The notes under the pieces were generated by a model that saw only the letters and a list, made by a program, of their open reading frames with translations, was not told the DNA's origin and did no database searches. From a virus: a stretch of DNA of 35,263 nt. This document shows positions 32,442-35,263 of the stretch, piece by piece; the stretch's first letter is position 1, and every line of letters starts with the position of its first letter. The stretch lies in the IMG/VR virus record IMGVR_UViG_3300027958_000007, one strand, 5' to 3'. Both the position numbers and the translations under genes were made by a program.

Positions 32442-32470
32442 ATTGTATAACTTTTTTTAATGTTTGCCAA
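32442..32470 (-). promoter_or_regulatory. Near-consensus sigma70-type promoter
   Basis: Minus strand: TTGGCA (32470-32465), 17-nt spacer, TACAAT (32447-32442). Confidence 0.6.
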
Positions 32471-32483
32471 GGTTTGAAAAAAG

Positions 32484-32531
32484 AAAAACGGCATGATCGG
32501 GAAAAGATTTTAATTGACCGTTGCCGTTTTT
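32484..32531 (-). terminator. Rho-independent terminator ending the methyltransferase operon
   Basis: AAAAACGGCA (32484-93) pairs with TGCCGTTTTT (32522-31), with an inner CGG/CCG stem. On the minus RNA the stem is followed by UUUUUCUUUUUU. It starts 9 nt after the stop at 32540. Confidence 0.75.
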
Positions 32532-32539
32532 CAATTTGA

Positions 32540-32947
32540 TTATATATCTATACCGTTCGGGATGAAAGCCTCGGTCTTTTTGTCATACGATCCGCTAACT
32601 TTTCGCCGCTTAAATCTCACGCTCCAAATCGGGTCATAAACATTACCCTTTCTGTCTGTCACTTCAACAGTCTGCCCAATCATTAGCTGGCCGATTGCCG
32701 CCATGTCCAAGGCCTCCTTTTTATCGACCAACTCGGCTTTCGCCTCTTCAATCAGCTCCGGTAATTTTCCAAGGCCAGCGGCAACTGCGTCTTCAATCGC
32801 TTTCTTTTTATTCCTCAATTCCATCATGTCATTGATAAGCGTTTGATATGTCGGATTGACTGTTAATTCATCTTTGAAATTTTTTAGGTACTCTCGACAT
32901 TCGACTTTTTTTTGTGCTAACTCGTCATAAATCAATTGTAATTGCAT
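32540..32947 (-). CDS. Hypothetical coiled-coil protein
   Basis: 135-aa ORF, last gene before the terminator. Confidence 0.5.
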   Translation of the reverse strand: MQLQLIYDELAQKKVECREYLKNFKDELTVNPTYQTLINDMMELRNKKKAIEDAVAAGLGKLPELIEEAKAELVDKKEALDMAAIGQLMIGQTVEVTDRKGNVYDPIWSVRFKRRKVSGSYDKKTEAFIPNGIDI

Positions 32948-32951
32948 AATT

Positions 32952-33098
32952 TTATTTTGCCCTTTGCTTTAATTGCTTATTACGTTTTGACTCTGCTCTT
33001 TTCATCCACGCATCGCTCATAAACGGCGACACTCCGCGGGATACTTCTTCACGGCTCAACATTTTGCGAGCCATTTTTAGCTTTTGTTTGTGGTTCAT
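32952..33098 (-). CDS. Small basic protein (48 aa), absent from the ORF track
   Basis: Hand translation: MNHKQKLKMARKMLSREEVSRGVSPFMSDAWMKRAESKRNKQLKQRAK. It fills the gap between flanking genes exactly. Confidence 0.45.
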   Translation of the reverse strand: MNHKQKLKMARKMLSREEVSRGVSPFMSDAWMKRAESKRNKQLKQRAK

Positions 33099-33107
33099 AT
33101 TTTAAAT

Positions 33108-33818
33108 TTATTTTTTAGCCATCAATCGTCCAATAGGGACTACCGCATCGGGGTTAAGTGTAAATTCTGTAATGGTGAAATTTTTGTTTGCCAATAAGTC
33201 TCGCAACTTTTCCGCCCAGCCAAAATCAATGTGCCACTCCATCACAATTTTATCAATTTTAGCCCATTGCTCATCCGTGAAGCTTGCTAGGATGTGATAT
33301 TCGCTGCCCTCGCAATCAACCTTTAAAAAATCAATTTTATCCACATTCTCGAATATTGCTTCGGCTGGCCATGTTTCAATTTTCTCAACATTTTCACCAA
33401 ATGGATTTTCGCTTACCGAATAGCCTCCGGTGTTTAGTTGGCCTGTTGCCCCGTGATCAATAAAATACTCTCCTGCGGTTCCGGTGAGCGCTTTATTATA
33501 TAGCCGTATTCCACCCCGATCTTTTGCGTTCGCTCGCGTATTCATTTCGAGCAAATCAAAATTATCCTTGTCCGGCTCATACGCGTTTACGTCTGCCCCC
33601 TGCATTATCGCCCACACCATGAATGATCCGATGTGCGCACCAATATCGACGACAACATCGCCCGGTTTGATCTCATACCCGGCACCGGAATAAAAATGTT
33701 GGTTCCAAATTTCCTGCACGATATTCGGGTCATGGGTTCCGGGTCTGACATTAAAGTCCGCTCTGATTTCTTGTCCGCTAAATAATTTGTCAACGGCTGT
33801 AAAAATTTCTGTTTGCAT
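33108..33818 (-). CDS. FkbM-family SAM-dependent methyltransferase
   Basis: 236 aa. VVDIGAHIGSFMVWAIMQGADVNAYEPDKDNFDLLEMN and DFLKVDCEGSEYHIL are typical of Methyltransf_21. Confidence 0.8.
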   Translation of the reverse strand: MQTEIFTAVDKLFSGQEIRADFNVRPGTHDPNIVQEIWNQHFYSGAGYEIKPGDVVVDIGAHIGSFMVWAIMQGADVNAYEPDKDNFDLLEMNTRANAKDRGGIRLYNKALTGTAGEYFIDHGATGQLNTGGYSVSENPFGENVEKIETWPAEAIFENVDKIDFLKVDCEGSEYHILASFTDEQWAKIDKIVMEWHIDFGWAEKLRDLLANKNFTITEFTLNPDAVVPIGRLMAKK

Positions 33819-33822
33819 GCTT

Positions 33823-33906
33823 TTATTTAAAAATAATTAAAACCCAAAGGGTAAAAATAATCCAACCAAGGCGACTATGAATTTGTTGCAAAAGTTCTGT
33901 TTCCAT
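33823..33906 (-). CDS. Possible 27-aa membrane micro-protein
   Basis: Hand translation: METELLQQIHSRLGWIIFTLWVLIIFK. Its stop lies 4 nt before the FkbM ATG. Confidence 0.3.
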   Translation of the reverse strand: METELLQQIHSRLGWIIFTLWVLIIFK

Positions 33907-33908
33907 AC

Positions 33909-34043
33909 TTATTTTTTAATTATTTTTTTATATCTTTCCTTTTCCCGCGCAAGCTTGATGTGACACGGAGTCCCGCAAATTTTCTTTGCCGAACTGTGGG
34001 CAATAAATATTTTTCCGCAAACTTTACACTTGTTTTGGCTCAT
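33909..34043 (-). CDS. 44-aa zinc-ribbon protein, absent from the ORF track
   Basis: Hand translation: MSQNKCKVCGKIFIAHSSAKKICGTPCHIKLAREKERYKKIIKK. It starts 1 nt after the Dam stop codon. Confidence 0.45.
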   Translation of the reverse strand: MSQNKCKVCGKIFIAHSSAKKICGTPCHIKLAREKERYKKIIKK

Positions 34044-34044
34044 T

Positions 34045-34455
34045 TTATTTTCTAAAAACTACAACCATACTCGGAAATGGGGCAGAATTTTTACTATCAC
34101 CGAATTTTAATCGTCCTTTTAAAAATCTTATTTCTGTCTTTCCATAAATATAATCATGGAACCATCGCGTATCAGTCCGGGCGGGCAATAACATCACGCA
34201 AAAATCGCTTTCACTCGCTTTTTTAACCCATTCGCCAATCTTTCTGCCATACGGCGGATTGCACCAACATAAAGCCCCCCCCCAATCCTTTTTTAATCCA
34301 TCATCTTGCTCGGTGAAATAGCGGGCGCACTTCGCATTTTCTGCGGTAGCACACACATCAAGGTTAAACCCAAACTCCTTGTTCAATTTATCAAAGAAGT
34401 CTTGCGGAGTAGCCCACATATCTGTCTTACTGGAAAACATTAAATCGTTATTCAT
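34045..34455 (-). CDS. Phage-type DNA N6-adenine methyltransferase (Dam_N6_MTase family)
   Basis: 136 aa. MWATPQDFFDKLNKEFGFNLDVCA..., CNPPYG (NPPY motif) and LLPARTDTRWFH. Confidence 0.85.
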   Translation of the reverse strand: MNNDLMFSSKTDMWATPQDFFDKLNKEFGFNLDVCATAENAKCARYFTEQDDGLKKDWGGALCWCNPPYGRKIGEWVKKASESDFCVMLLPARTDTRWFHDYIYGKTEIRFLKGRLKFGDSKNSAPFPSMVVVFRK

Positions 34456-34490
34456 ATTTTTAAAACGCTAAAAATGTCACTGTATTATTA

Positions 34491-34865
34491 TTAACTATTT
34501 TGATTATCTCGACCAATTCTACTGGGTTTGATCCGACTAATTGGCATGCGGACTGGGTGCAACTCAGTGTCGCACTCGCTACAATTGCAAGGCCTATCGC
34601 TAAATTTTCCATGTATTTTTTTTAATGAGTCAATGCGTAATATAATTAGTTTTTTCCACAACAAAGCCTTTTTCTTATGAATATGCCATGTAGTGGATTT
34701 GATAATATCCAGCGCCTTTTGATCAGAAATCCGCCCCTCATTCATGTCATTGATCAGCGCGTTCAGCTCTTGCAATTCCCGGACAGATTTGGCCGTTGGA
34801 GATGCCCAAATCGTCCAGTAAAGTATTGCACACATCACGACCATAAAAACGATAATTTCGATCAT
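34491..34865 (-). CDS. Hypothetical membrane-anchored protein
   Basis: 124 aa. N-terminal TM segment IIVFMVVMCAILYWTIW and a C-terminal CNCSEC. Confidence 0.5.
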   Translation of the reverse strand: MIEIIVFMVVMCAILYWTIWASPTAKSVRELQELNALINDMNEGRISDQKALDIIKSTTWHIHKKKALLWKKLIILRIDSLKKIHGKFSDRPCNCSECDTELHPVRMPISRIKPSRIGRDNQNS

Positions 34866-34869
34866 AATT

Positions 34870-35205
34870 TTATTCGGATTGGGTTATCGGCGAATTAAAA
34901 AGCTCGCCCTGTTTTTTTGGGGCGCCAATTTCGGCTATGATCACGGTCTGCAAATAATCCGGCAAACTATCAAAAAAATCCGGCAACGCCTCAGCCCTAA
35001 ATCTGAAAAGCGTGTCTTCACCCGTTTCGCGGACTTCAATCATCTGCGGGAATAGGGCTGAGGCTTCTAAAATTAAGCGCTGTGCCTCGATAAGGGTTTC
35101 AATGCCCATTGATGTGTCTGAGAGTAAATCAATCGTCCTGCGCCATTGTGAGCGGTCTGGCTGACGGAGGAAAGCTTTTAATATTTTTTGATGGGTTGTT
35201 TGCAT
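34870..35205 (-). CDS. Hypothetical protein
   Basis: 111-aa ORF. Its start lies within the terminal repeat, equivalent to position 69. Confidence 0.5.
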   Translation of the reverse strand: MQTTHQKILKAFLRQPDRSQWRRTIDLLSDTSMGIETLIEAQRLILEASALFPQMIEVRETGEDTLFRFRAEALPDFFDSLPDYLQTVIIAEIGAPKKQGELFNSPITQSE

Positions 35206-35263
35206 TGATTTGTTTTGATTATTGGCAGATATTATGGGCTAAAACGATGATGGTGCTTGCTAC
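35137..35263. repeat. Terminal direct repeat, copy 2 (assembly overlap)
   Basis: Identical to 1-127. The start codon of ORF 34870..35205 lies inside the repeat. Confidence 0.95.

Overview
This window looks like a complete, circularly closed genome of about 35.1 kb from a tailed, siphovirus-like dsDNA phage. Bases 1-127 are repeated exactly at 35137-35263, which is an assembly overlap or terminal redundancy. Every credible gene lies on the minus strand; the plus-strand ORFs in the track look like antisense shadows.

Reading in the direction of transcription (high to low coordinates):
- **35205-32540:** an early operon with a phage Dam-type N6-adenine methyltransferase, an FkbM-type methyltransferase and several micro-ORFs. 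It ends at a strong intrinsic terminator.
- **32470 onward:** a near-consensus promoter and a roughly 150-nt structured leader. These are followed by DUF5659-like, VRR-NUC, TerS, TerL, portal and a MuF/gp7 head protein with a RadC/JAB-like C-terminus, then small Cys-rich proteins.
- **24483-25266:** a 784-bp gene-poor island. It holds mini-hairpins, hydrophobic micro-ORFs, tandem G-quadruplex motifs (C-rich on the RNA strand), a palindrome, tandem repeats and an extended -10 promoter.
- **24482-22849:** scaffold and major capsid protein, followed by a terminator.
- **22742-19610:** a GT1 + GT2 + GDP-mannose 4,6-dehydratase cassette sitting inside the virion operon.
- **19589-7969:** connector proteins, a tail-terminator/fiber fusion with HxH repeats, a triple-repeat protein, a Com-like Zn-ribbon plus HNH endonuclease, major tail protein, G/GT chaperones with a -1 frameshift site, TMP, Dit, Tal and fibers.
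- **7950-6889:** the lysis cassette, ending at a terminator.
- **6808-177:** an early promoter and the replication/recombination module (Sak4-like ATPase, SSB, replisome organizer with iterons, DnaB-type helicase, MerR-like HTH).

I found no integrase, tRNA or CRISPR array. All family calls come from motif recognition by eye; no database search was run.
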